A program made the position numbers and the translations under genes. The notes below the pieces were generated by a model that did not search any database, was not told where the DNA came from, and saw only the letters and a program-made list of their open reading frames with translations. Shown here one piece after another: positions 1-11,904 of a stretch of DNA of 64,000 nt. Origin of the DNA: Octopus bimaculoides (taxonomy: Eukaryota); NCBI RefSeq assembly GCF_001194135.2, contig NC_068981.1, forward strand, positions 173,491,293 to 173,555,292. The letters run 5' to 3'. Within the stretch, counting starts at the first letter, position 1. The number at the start of each line of letters is the position of its first letter.

Positions 1-222
1 GAAAATTTGAGATGAAGTTTTAGATGAAACCTGAAAATAAAGATGATTTATGACAGAGGCTGAATAGAAAAATATGTATTAGAGACCCATATAACTCATG
101 ACAGCATGGAAAACTGGACATTAAGACCAAAATTATGATAAAAATGAAGATGATAATGATGATGGAGATAAATTAATGATGACGGCAATGAGAATATGTT
201 AGAAAGGAAGGGAGAGAATTAC

Positions 223-387
223 CTTTCTAAGCTGAAAATCATCTTCTATTTGACCATCAATATTCATATGTTGCTGCCAAATTTCTTCTGTAACTAAACC
301 ATAGACACCTTCTTCTGGATGGCACTGACTGTCCATTAATGTAGGCTGGACAATCAGAAACTGGCGATAAGGCGATTCATCTTTACG
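223..387 (-). CDS. TBC1D16: TBC1D16 exon leading into the TBC domain; gene continues left of the window
   Basis: RKDESPYRQF...CHPEEGVY...WQQHMNIDGQIEDDFQLRK (cf. THPEESMY...NELGQVEEEYKLRK). Acceptor tttgcag, donor AAG|GTAATT, both phase 0. Confidence 0.93.
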
Positions 388-747
388 CTGCAAACAATTT
401 ATAATTTCAAAATATCAATGATAAAGATTACAAAGATTAGAAATATCAGATCTAGTCAGTTTGGCTGCCAGCATCGAATCAGTTGAAGTTAATTTCATAT
501 TTAGTGTAATGATACTCTTTTATTGGCTAATGAATTGAAAATCATTTTCACTATAAATCAATAAATAAAGAGTTATTAGCAATTAAAGTTTGAAAATTTT
601 GGTAATTTTAGCCAATTGTAAGCCACAGACACAGTCATGCCTGTTGCCATAGTAACAAGCAGAACATGAGAACACTTTCGTCTGTGAGAAAGCACATGTT
701 GATAAATACATTGAAACCACTTGTTTTACCTATCTGATGGCAATTGA

Positions 748-1525
748 ACATGTGAATTTATGTAGCGCAGGAGATATGAAAATTGTGATTTGTTTGAGAA
801 ATTGATTGAATGCATATTTAACTTTTGCTTTCAATGAATGTTTTTTTAAAAGTATTTAATTTGTAATGTGCTATTTTGTTTTTAGATAAATCTTTTAAGT
901 TTGTGCTATCGCATTAAATGCATATTGAATGCTTAAAACTACAAAAAACATGTTGTTTACTCTTTCTTTTTTTTGTTAACCCGAAAGATGGTACTCACAC
1001 TCAACAAGTGGAGATGATGTGGGCCTCTGTAAAGCGAGTAATAAACGACACTGTGGCACTCACCATTCTATGGTAGATTCATATCTCTGTGAATTTATGA
1101 GGTGCAGGAGATACAAAAATTGTGATTTGAGAAATTAATTGAATGTATTTCTAACTTTCATTTTTAATTTTAAAACTATTTTGTAATGTGTTACTTATTG
1201 CATGCTTAAATGTTTGTTTTTGAAGCATATTTTGTTCACTCATTTATTTTCATATATAACATATAAATGTGTACATCTTTTAGAACATTGTCATTTTATA
1301 AGATTTTGCTGGCAAATTTCAAAATTAACATAAACATTTATTTACATGAAAGAAAATTACTAGAGAACTTTCATCTAATTCTTCCAAATTTTTCTGTTAA
1401 AACTGTATTGAAACCATTTGTGGGGAAAAATTGTAATGTGTTTATTGCATGTAACGTATTGTTCATTGCATTTACATTAAATGCATATTGAATGCTTAAA
1501 ACTATTTGTTTACTTATTTCTTTTT
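748..1525 (+). mobile_element. Merlin/IS1595-like DDE transposon relic with reiterated 3' pieces
   Basis: 972-1120 translates with one frameshift to FVNPKDGTHTQQVEMMWASVKR/NKRHCGTHHSMVDSYLCEFMRCRRY, resembling the ISXO2-like transposase C-terminal motif (FVxPxTGxHTxxIExxWxxxKR...DSYLxEFMWR). Related pieces recur near 750-960 and 1425-1525. Confidence 0.7.
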
Positions 1526-1624
1526 GTCACTGAGGTATGCTAAAAATAACAGCTAAATAACGTGTAAAACCAGCAATTAAAACAAGAAAAATCAAGAGAT
1601 AAGAAGACTTATGTGGTTCTGTAC

Positions 1625-1797
1625 CCTTTCTCTTGCATTTGCAAACAGGTTCCACTCTTCAAATATTGAAGCTAACTTGTCAAGTCCACTGTGATGGAAA
1701 TGTAAAATTTTATACTGGCTTTCTCGGCTTGCAATGACAACTTGACCCCGCGTACACTCTCGATCGTTATAAAACAGCCGCAGAGAACGCATTTGTG
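1625..1797 (-). CDS. TBC1D16: TBC1D16 exon
   Basis: QMRSLRLFYND...GQVVIASRESQYKILHFHHSGLDKLASIFEEW matches TBC1D16 MRSLRLF...GQLVVASRESQYKVFHFHHGGLDKL. Phase-1 acceptor tttacag; phase-0 donor AGG|GTACAG, consistent with both neighbours. Confidence 0.95.
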
Positions 1798-2083
1798 CTG
1801 TAAACAAAAGATAACTATATTAGAAAATTTATAACAAAAACATCAAAAAATAAATTCCTGGAAATATTTTCAATTTTTAAATTAATTTCCTTATATCAGA
1901 TGTTGTAAGTTTTAATCATGATCCTCACAAAATGATGGGAATGTTTACAAGTATAAAGATCATTATTACAAACGAAGTTGGCTCATATCAAACAATACTG
2001 ATTTCTTTATTTGTAACAGAAGAAAATTAACCATGATAACATTACATTTCAACAGAAAGGAATGTATGAAATCTAACTATCTA

Positions 2084-2508
2084 CCGTAAATCCTCAAGTA
2101 TAGTCCGCCCTTGAGTATAATACGCAGGGGATTTTTTGGGGGCTGTACCTCTGAAAAACCTAAACATTGTGTATAATACGCACCCCTTCTCTAACTTGAG
2201 TCAAGGAGGTCTATATAAAGTCTTTGGTTTGTAAACGTATATACGGTAACATCCTTTATTATTCTTGTATATATAACATAATGCAAACATGTAGCTTTTT
2301 TGTGCACTTTGTTTGCAGAAAATAAAGAAATAACAGTAATAACGTCAGTGAAAAATAAATATTAAGTAAATTGCCTTTACATATTTATCACTTAGAAAAT
2401 TTTGCTTAGAAAATATTTTTCATTTTTAACCTCATATATAGTACACACTAGAAAGTTTGACCTTTAAATTTTGGGAAAAAAGTGCGGATTATACTCAAGG
2501 ATTTACAG
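2084..2508. mobile_element. pogo/Tigger-like MITE with ~25-bp TIRs and TA target duplication
   Basis: Left TA|CCGTAAATCCTCAAGTATAGTCCGC; the right end reverse-complements to TA|CTGTAAATCCTTGAGTATAATCCGC. No ORF inside. Confidence 0.8.
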
Positions 2509-3499
2509 TATATATTATATAATTTTGTTGGTAGTGACTTTGAAGTTACCCCAATAGTGACATTCAAATTACTTCAGTTTGAATAAGCCATCAATGTCAA
2601 AACTTGAAAGTTTCCATCAGCAAAATTATGCTAGACTCAACACATGTATTGCAAATTTTATTTGGTAAATATCCTTTATCTTTATGCATGTAAATATTTA
2701 TTTTACAACATTTTATATATACATGTGTGTGTGTGTGCATGTGTGTTTGTGTGAGTGCAGGCATGGCTGTTTGGTTAAGACTTTTCACTTCTGACTGCAT
2801 GGCACTTTAGGCAAGTGTTTCCTTCTGCAGGCTCAATTCAACCAAAGCTCTGAGTAGATCTTGTAGTCTGGTAGATGGAAATTGAAAGAAGCCTGTTGCA
2901 TATATATATATATATATGCATACAATTATGCATGCAGTCACACATATTTATACAGACACACATGTTTAAGCACTCCGTACATTTTCCCCATGGTTATATT
3001 TATGGCTGCCAAAATACATACCAGGAACTTCATTAATACTGTTTTTATCCAAATATGCTACACAAACATTCACTCCTACCCCAGAGACAAAAAAAAAAAA
3101 AATCAATTAAGTTATATACATTCCTCCTAATTAAATGTTTAAGAGTTACTAAAGATTCTAAGAAACCCCTAATCATACCACAGATCATAGTTTTCTCAAT
3201 TTGCTGGGTGTTGAAATTTAGTACTGTTTCAATACAAATTAATTTTTCTTATTATATTGGGTTCATCATTCAACTGTGGCCATGCTGGAGCATTATCTTC
3301 TAAGGTAGAGTTAATTATATCAATCTCAGCATATATTTTATTGATCTGTGGAAGATGAATGTTGACCTGGGTGGGAAATGAATTTACAATGTGAAGTGAT
3401 GTAAAACGGATACAATATCAGGCTATTATCCCTCAAACCAGGAATACGTTGTACAGCTGGCATTTAACTCAACATACCAGAGAACATAATTAAAAAAAA

Positions 3500-3830
3500 A
3501 GTAATATTTATTCCCACTTAAATGTGGATGTTCTGTTAGAACAAACTATATTGTGGGAGGCACCATGAAAGAAACTCTCATATTGGCTTTTGGCGCAAAA
3601 TGCACTCTTGTTTATATTGCTAGTGGGGAGATAAATCTCTACCACCTTCAGCACTGAGACTACTACATCACATGATTTTGACCTTCCTTAGTTTTGACAA
3701 TGATGGATGCTCGACCGCTAGAGATAGCAGTGACTCATCTCTCCACCAGCAATATATAGAATAACCGTGCCCGAACAGGTGCTGGATAAATATTACCTCT
3801 CAGTATCAATACTGTCTCTGTTGCTAATAT
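3500..3830 (+). repeat. Unclassified interspersed repeat (probable MITE); other copies at 39832-40157 and 41308-41606
   Basis: Shared motifs GTAATATTTATCCCCACTTAAA..GATGTTCTG and ATATATAGAATAACxGTGCC. The end TAAATATTACCTCTCAGTATCAATACTGTCTCTGTTGCTAAT is inverse to the start at 39832. Confidence 0.55.
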
Positions 3831-5809
3831 ATAATTAAAAACATTTTGTTGTCAAAATTTTCTTGACAAGAAATCTTCTTAATATAGTGAAATTGTTGTC
3901 AGGTTTGTGCTTATTGAAAGTAATAAATACTAAAAGCTATTTAATTATTCTTTATTCAATAGTTTTTTTTACATGTGTCCTTTACTTTAGTCTATTATAA
4001 TATATGCCTTAGAAAGACACTATATTGGGGAAACAAAATAGATTTATTATGGCACTCAATCTGGAAATCTTTAGGATATTTTACTTGAAAAGCAACAGTT
4101 CAGTAATTCGTTTAAAGCTGTAAACATTTCTTTATTTTATATTTCATGCTTTTGATGTTTCATTTAGAGGCTACACAAAGTTACACTGTTTAAACTAAAG
4201 AATAATTATTTAGCTGTGACATTGTTATTTTGATAATAACCTTTAAGTGGGATTTAGACAATATATAATCTATATTTATATAATATCCACAATTATCTAA
4301 AGCTATATTGAACTGAGGTTAAGCTACTCTTACTGACCAAAATGTAACTGAATAGTGTAAGTATTTTGTTTGAAGCCTTACCAATTTGACCAAAAATGTA
4401 TGACATCATTTAATTCTACCTCCTATTTCATTCTACCAGCTTGCTGCTTTCCTTATTGATAGCAATTAAAAGGGCAGCGGATGGCAAATTCTGTAGAACA
4501 ACAGGCAAAAATGTTTTTGCATTATTTATTTACTCCCTTTATATTCAGTTTTGTTTTTCATTCTTTTGGCTTTAATAAAATAAGTACCAGCCAACGAATG
4601 TGGTTACTTAAATTGATTGTGCATCTTAAAATTTGTGGCCTTAAGCCAATGTTAAAAATTAATATTTAATACATCTGTTCTTTATAAATCTTAATACTAA
4701 TAGCATATTATTATACAGCATTTTAGGTTCTCATCCTTCAGGGGTGAATAATGCAAGTATCAGACAAGCATTTGGGTTGATTACATTGACTACAATCCTC
4801 CCTTCAAGTTTATGCCCTCCATCATTATCATCCTTTAATGTCTATGTTCTATGCTGGCATGAGGTGAATACTTTGACAGGATCCAATGGGTCCAAAGACT
4901 GCATTATGCTCTAATGTCAGCTTTGGCATGGTTTCTACAGCTGGATGCCTTTCCTAATGCCAACCACTTTCCAACATGTACTGTGTACTGGGTGCATTTT
5001 TGTGCTACCAGCACTAAAGGGGTTGCCATAAAGCTGGGAAAACCACAAACCATAAGATGTGTGTATGTATGAGTGTGCACGCACACGTGCATGTATGTGT
5101 GTGTATGGGTGTGTGCGCACATGTGCATGCATGTGTGTGTATAGAATTAACAGTGTCAGGCAAAATACCTTGTGGTATTTAGTTGTAATATTATAAACCA
5201 TTATTCATCATCATCGTTTAACATTCACTTTCCAAACTGGCATGGGTTGGATGGCTTGATTGAAAGCTGGTAAGCTGGGGGCAGCACCAGGTTCCAATCT
5301 GATTTGGCAAGGTTTCTGTGGCTGGACACCCTTCCTAATGCCAACCACTTTGAGAGTGTAGTGGGTGCTTTTTACATGCTACCGGTTCCATGAGGCCCAA
5401 CGTTCAAATGGTGCTTTTTACATGCCAATCATATATTTTATCATATCCTTATATATTCATATACTTGTATATCTATGATACTATAAGTTATCAAGAGTTA
5501 TATGTAAAATCATAACTATGTGCTTAGTAATTGAGGCTGGTAAGGGCTTCAGAAACCATCTGTAATAGACTATTCAAAATAGATATCTCTAAAATAAGTA
5601 ATGCCTGTTATAATTTGATTTTTTAGGAATAATTACAATATTGTGAACTGAGGTTAGTACATGTCCCTACATTAAACACTAAATTCTTCTGCTAATATTA
5701 AGTGACTTACAAATTACTTTGTGGAGATAGAAAAAAATAGTACAGTTAAAATAACAGAAACAAGTTATAATACCTAATTTGAAGAGATGGGATAACAGGT
5801 AGACTGTAA

Positions 5810-6918
5810 TCTATATATATAAAAATGAGAATGTGTGTCTGTCTGTCTGTCTGTCTGTCTGTGTGAATCCCCAAAACTCGAGAACTACGCAACCAATTTC
5901 ATTCAAATTTTACAGATGCCTTACTTAGGGTTCCAGTTGTGTTTTAGTCAAAAAAAAATTTTAACTTCTTCCAGAGTTCGAGCCCACAGCAACATAATAT
6001 CTCCTCCACTATTTAAGTATTACGTGTCAAAAGTGAAACAAAAACACTAATGTCAAATACTTTCACTTTAAAAATGAAACTATTCTACTAACTGAAACAA
6101 TCACATTTCGATACTGTAATGACAGATACTTTCAGAGAGAGAGAGAAAGAGAGAAAGAGAGAGAGAGAGAGAGAAAGAGAGAAAGAGAGAGAGAGAGAGA
6201 GAAAGAGNNNNNNNNNNNNNNNNNNNNNNNNNNNNNNNNNNNNNNNNNNNNNNNNNNNNNNNNNNNNNNNNNNNNNNNNNNNNNNNNNNNNNNNNNNNNN
6301 NNNNNNNNNNNNNNNNNNNNNNNNNNNNNNNNNNNNNNNNNNNNNNNNNNNNNNNNNNNNNNNNNNNNNNNNNNNNNNNNNNNNNNNNNNNNNNNNNNNN
6401 NNNNNNNNNNNNNNNNNNNNNNNNNNNNNNNNNNNNNNNNNNNNNNNNNNNNNNNNNNNNNNNNNNNNNNNNNNNNNNNNNNNNNNNNNNNNNNNNNNNN
6501 NNNNNNNNNNNNNNNNNNNNNNNNNNNNNNNNNNNNNNNNNNNNNNNNNNNNNNNNNNNNNNNNNNNNNNNNNNNNNNNNNNNNNNNNNNTGTCACGTAA
6601 ATGAGACGCATCTTTGCCTCCACTGATTCACTTGTAAAGTGTTGAGTAAAATTATTTCGTTGCAGACCTCCTTTGGGTCTTTTTATTATCACTACGACAC
6701 ACATAGTCCCCAGTTGGCAATATTGATTTCAAGGCCCTCCTAGATGAGAGACTGGCATTCCACTTAATGTCTATGTTCCATGCTGGCATGGATTGGAGAG
6801 TTATTAATGTAGAAATATGGTATCGTAGCTACTAACAGTTGAGGGTTGCGTAGTCTAGACAGCGTTTTTAGATTTCATTATTCTCTTTAACCCGGGCAAA
6901 GCCGGGTATTTCTGCTAG
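5810..6918 (+). mobile_element. Non-autonomous Helitron (interrupted by an assembly gap)
   Basis: 5' A|TCTATATATATAAA followed by (GTCT)n. 3' hairpin CCCGGGCAAAGCCGGG then CTAG|T, i.e. canonical TC...CTRR ends in an AT target. Confidence 0.75.
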
Positions 6919-7179
6919 TTGATAATACAATTGCCTGACAAGTAATATATATGTTGTTTGAATCCCATCATTGATTGTCTTTCTTGTCTCTGCTTCAAAT
7001 ATGTACTTGTAATGTTCAATATCAGCAAGGATGTTGTGAAAAACTCCAATTTTTGTTTCTGCAGTTTACCTCAGTTCTCACAGACAGTAATATACCATCA
7101 ATGGATAAGCCAACGTATACCATATCACAGTGCATCAAAGAATGAAGTTATTTAGTGACAATGAAAACAAAGTGGGAAG

Positions 7180-7526
7180 AGGCACTTGTGCCAGTGGCAC
7201 GGTCACCTTCCTGGCACGTGAAAAGACATTTGAGTGAGATCGTTGCCAGTACTGGTGGACTGGCTCCACTGTGCAGGTGGCATGTAAAATACACCATTTT
7301 GAGCGTGGCCGTTGCCAGTACCGCCTGACTGGCCTTCGTGCTGGTGGCACGTAAAAGCACCCACTACACTCTCAGAGTGGTTGGCATTAGGAAGAGCATC
7401 CAGCTGTAGAAACTCTGCCAAATCAGATTGGAGCCTGGTGTAGCCACCTGGTCCACCAGTCCTCAGTCAAATCGTCCAACCCATGCTAGCATGGAAAGCA
7501 GATGTTAAACGATGATGATGATGATG
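7180..7526 (+). mobile_element. (GAT)n-tailed repeat = 3' end of an RTE LINE (or RTE-tailed SINE)
   Basis: Family motif GGTTGGCxTTAGGAAGxGCATCCAGCTGTAGAAACTCTGCC...GTTAAACGATGATGATG. The same sequence terminates the RTE at 40159-41290. Confidence 0.75.
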
Positions 7527-8421
7527 CANNNNNNNNNNNNNNNNNNNNNNNNNNNNNNNNNCACTGTGCAGGTGGCATGTAAAATACACCATTTTGAGCG
7601 TGGCCGTTGCCAGTACCGCCTGACTGGCCTTCGTGCTGGTGGCACGTAAAAGCACCCACTACACTCTCAGAGTGGTTGGCATTAGGAAGAGCATCCAGCT
7701 GTAGAAACTCTGCCAAATCAGATTGGAGCCTGGTGTAGCCACCTGGTCCACCAGTCCTCAGTCAAATCGTCCAACCCATGCTAGCATGGAAAGCAGATGT
7801 TAAACGATGATGATGATGATGCATACAAAGCAGCTCTCCTAGGTGGGCATTAATACCACTGTGGAGGTAGTAGAAAAAGGATGATAGCTTGTCATAGTAT
7901 AATATGTATGCACACTATTTAGTTATAGTGTACATTGGAAGGAATTTCATAATGTGTACAATAGGAATATGTACTGGTAGCTACTGAAGAAACCAGGCGT
8001 GAAAGGGAACAGTTGAAATCTAAGTTGTCTATTCAACTTATTTGCAGCTATGCTTCTGAAATTTCTTCCTGAAGTCACTTATTCTGAGTGTGAACAAGCA
8101 AACTACTAAACAGCCATATATGATTACCAAGAGAAGTGTTACAGATGTGAGTTAAAGGCCAAATAAAAGTAAGGTGAAATAATTTTGTAATTTACTCTCA
8201 ATCATATAAAAATTATATATAATCATTGGCATTCAACTAAAACTAAAAGAATAAAGAAATGTAATAATAATTATAGAAATAATAGTTCTAATTATTATAT
8301 AACTATTACTACTATTAAAAGAGCTGTGAACTAAATTCCTAGCAATATTCAGTCTCTCAATGTTCATATGCTCAAAACCTTCTGGTTTTGACTTTTACTC
8401 AAAAGTCAGTAAAATAGAACC

Positions 8422-8628
8422 AGGCTGTGTGGTATGAATTTGCTTTCCAGCTACATGGTTCAGGGTTCAGTCCCACAGCAAGTGTCTTCTACCATAGTCC
8501 TGGGCTGAACGAAGCCTTATGAATGGATCTGGTGGATGGAAACTGAAAGAAGGCCATCATATATGTGTGTGTGCACGCACATGAGTGTGTGTGTGTGTGT
8601 ACATGTGTGTGTGTGTGTGTGTGTGTAT

Positions 8629-8670
<42 letters not shown>

Positions 8671-8890
8671 GAGAGTATATTTGTTGTTGCATTTGTCCTC
8701 CCCACCATTGCTTGACAACCAGTATCAGTTTGTTTATGTCCCTGTAACTTAGCAATTCAGCAAAATACACCGATAGAGTACGTACTAGGCTTTAAAAGAA
8801 TAAATGCTGGAGTTGATTTATTTGATTAAAATCCTTCAACATAGTGCTCCAATATGGCTGCAGTCAAATGAATGAAACAAGTAAAAGATG
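8422..8890 (+). mobile_element. tRNA-derived SINE with internal (TG)n/(AG)n tract
   Basis: Head GGCTGTGTGGT...GGTTCAGTCCCAC (A/B-box-like) and tail CAGTCAAATGAxTGAAACAAGTAAAAG. Related copies at about 12630-12775, 30815-30950, 42020-42170, 46915-47505, 49625-50070 and 54620-54750. Confidence 0.7.
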
Positions 8891-9017
8891 AGTGAATCTG
8901 TAAAGCCAACTGGTGAAAGCAATGGATATGCTTTGGTCTTATTAGATCTTTTCAGCAAAACATATTCTACTGAGTTGGCAAATGATCAGTATATATATAT
9001 ATATATATATACGTATG

Positions 9018-9177
9018 CTACACTCTCTGAGTGGTTGGCGTTAGGAAGGGCATCCAGCTGTAGAAACTCTGCCAAATTAGATTGGAGCCTGGTGTTGCCA
9101 TCCGGTTTCACCAGCCCTCAGTCAAATCGTCCAACCCATGCTAGCATGGAAAGCGGACGTTAAACGATGATGATGAT
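9018..9177 (+). mobile_element. (GAT)n-tailed RTE 3'-end copy
   Basis: Near-identical to the family; inverse of the copy at 21361-21538. Confidence 0.8.
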
Positions 9178-9378
9178 GTATGTATGTATGTATGTATGCA
9201 TGTATATGTATGTATATATATATATATATATATAAATATATATATATATGCCAGCAGGGTGGCATTATTTGAAAGCTGCAATAATGCGAGGAAGTACATT
9301 GTGAACAGTGGTGTGTATCAACATTTGATAGTCAGAGTGCTACAGTGATATAATATACATATATATGTGTGTGTATGT

Positions 9379-9423
<45 letters not shown>

Positions 9424-9520
9424 TGTGTGAGTGTGAGTGTGTGTGTATAATTAAATAAAGATAGTTATGGCTGGCGTATGGAGTTACCCTGGGTTTCATC
9501 TCCATATACATACATATCTA

Positions 9521-9690
9521 TAGGGAGAATTCACGAAAAAACAACAGACGAAGACAGGTGGTGTAAACAACAAATGGATGTATTAGTATAATGCTCGGGA
9601 ATAGAGAAAGTCTTTAACGTTTCGAGCCTATGCTCTTCAACAGAAAGGAACACAGAAAGAAACAAAGAGAGAAACAAGGAGAGAAAAAAA
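9521..9690 (-). mobile_element. Possible Penelope-like element terminal repeat
   Basis: Minus strand reads CTGTTGAAGAGCATAGGCTCGAAACGTT, resembling the TGAxGA...CGAAAC motif of PLE pseudo-LTRs. No RT/GIY-YIG ORF seen. Confidence 0.35.
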
Positions 9691-10709
9691 TATATAATAT
9701 ACATATCTATATCTATATCTATCTATATATATATATATCATTATAAATATACAGGGATTAGCATTGAGTTGCTTCTCCAACATACTGAAAATTTAGAAAT
9801 AGCAGTCAAAGAACTACTGATTCTAAACTACAAATTTTTCTCTAAACGGATGGCGATATTTATGGCACACATAGAACCAAAAAACCGGAGGGAAAAGCGT
9901 AAACAAAACAAGTCTTTAGTTAATTGGATACGAATCGTTTCATGGTTAAGCGAATGAAAATTTCACTATTCCAATCTTCAGTCCAAATATTCTGATAAAT
10001 TTGAAAGTGTCTCTAAAAAAAATTCACGGTAATTTTTGGCCATGCGACACCAAAAATCAACGATAAGAAAGGCACTTACGAATTCATCGGCCAGTGAGTT
10101 CAGGCATCTCACCCCAAAGAAATCTATTCCCTGTGCGTCACAAATAGTCCCGTATGAAAAGATGTCCTCTTGTGGAGGGATTACGGTTTAACCATCTAAC
10201 TTAGAGATATCAAATATAAAATATACAAGAATAAGGGCAGGGAANNNNNNNNNNTGAGTTGCTTCTCCAACATACTGAAAATTTAGAAATAGCAGTCAAA
10301 GAACTACTGATTCTAAACTACAAATTTTTCTCTAAACGGATGGCGATATTTATGGCACACATAGAACCAAAAAACCGGAGGGAAAAGCGTAAACAAAACA
10401 AGTCTTTAGTTAATTGGATACGAATCGTTTCATGGTTAAGCGAATGAAAATTTCACTATTCCAATCTTCAGTCCAAATATTCTGATAAATTTGAAAGTGT
10501 CTCTAAAAAAATTCACGGTAATTTTTGGCCATGCGACACCAAAAATCAACGATAAGAAAGGCACTTACGAATTCATCGGCCAGTGAGTTCAGGCATCTCA
10601 CCCCAAAGAAATCTATTCCCTGTGCGTCACAAATAGTCCCGTATGAAAAGATGTCCTCTTGTGGAGGGATTACGGTTTAACCATCTAACTTAGAGATATC
10701 AAATATAAA

Positions 10710-10843
10710 ATATACAAGAATAAGGGCAGGGAATCGTCAATTAATAATAGAATTAATAATTAACAATTTTGGCAAAATTGTTAATTATTAATTCTATTAA
10801 TTCTATTATTAATTGACGATTCCCTGCCCTTATTCTTGTATAT
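10710..10843. repeat. Near-perfect palindrome (61-bp arm, 3-nt loop, 9-nt bulge)
   Basis: 10710-10770 is the reverse complement of 10774-10843 except for an extra AATTCTATT in the right arm. Confidence 0.9.
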
Positions 10844-11314
10844 ATATATATATATGAATGAATGAATGCATGAATTATAGTAATGCTGATTAGAATATGA
10901 AAAATATGGCTAAGGGGCTACATTCTGAATATTAAATACAAATATGAAACAGTTTCACATATAATCATACTAATCAGATAGCATCATTATTACTGAATGC
11001 CTTTCGAGTATTTCAAGTTGTAAACTACAGTAATCTTTGTTGCTTGCCTAATGCTGGCAATATTATAGAGTCAGTAAAATAATTTATTGAATTAAACATT
11101 GTGAAAAATGTCTCTTTGCTTGTTTATCTTGTCATCTCAAAGCAATACAAAACAAAGGAAAAATGCTGGTTACACCTGTTTCACTATTTATTCCAAAATT
11201 GAAAGGTTTGAAAATGCACATCTGGTGCTGTTAACAATCAAAATAATCATTTCTCAGATTGCTATAATTTTACTGAGCAGGATTAATAATAATCAGTTAA
11301 ATTGAACAATTATA

Positions 11315-11904
11315 TAACCGTCAGAAGGCTGAAAGGCAAATCAGATTAGCCTACAAGGACACTACCATGAGCAAAATACAAGTTTATGAGTGGTTTCTAC
11401 ACTTCAGGAATAGTCACTTGTTGCTTGAAGACCAACCTTGTTCAGAGCAACTGTCAACCACCCGAACAAATGAAAATTCATGAACTGATCTTGGAGGACC
11501 ATCACTGAACAACTGACAAACTTGTTGGTATGACTGGTGTATCCGGGAGCTCCTAACAATGAATTTTGAGTGAGGAATTGTGAATGAGAAGAGGTGCAGC
11601 AAAATTTGTGCCTTGCTTGCTCACGGAAGATCAAAAGCAGTCACGACTGAATGCGTGTTGTGAACTGAAAGAACAGTTGGAAGTTGATCCGGTCATCACT
11701 GGTGATGAAAGATGGTGCTATGGAATTTGCAGATGTGGAAGAGGTGAAGAAAAAAAAAATGATGGAGGTATTAAAGGCACCACTTTGCAGGAGTCCCAGC
11801 ACCAATTCAAACAGTGGAAAACGCGTCTGGACATATAAACATGTAAAACTAAGTGAGTAAAATAGCACTGCAAAATTCTGGTTTCTTTTGGGTACCCCCT
11901 CGTA
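11315..11904 (+). mobile_element. Decayed mariner transposon (deleted, one TIR)
   Basis: MRRGAAKFVPCLLTEDQKQSRL...VITGDERWCYG (first catalytic D motif, TGDExW). The right end reverse-complements to TACGAGGGGGTACCC. Confidence 0.8.

Noticed and set aside
7245-7820. Tandem duplication of the (GAT)n repeat
   Set aside because: Identical sequence on both sides of a short N gap; assembly artefact.
9765-10734. Apparent exact ~480-bp tandem duplication (identical 62-aa ORFs at 9769 and 10259)
   Set aside because: The copies are identical and separated by a 10-N gap, which is typical of an unmerged contig overlap.
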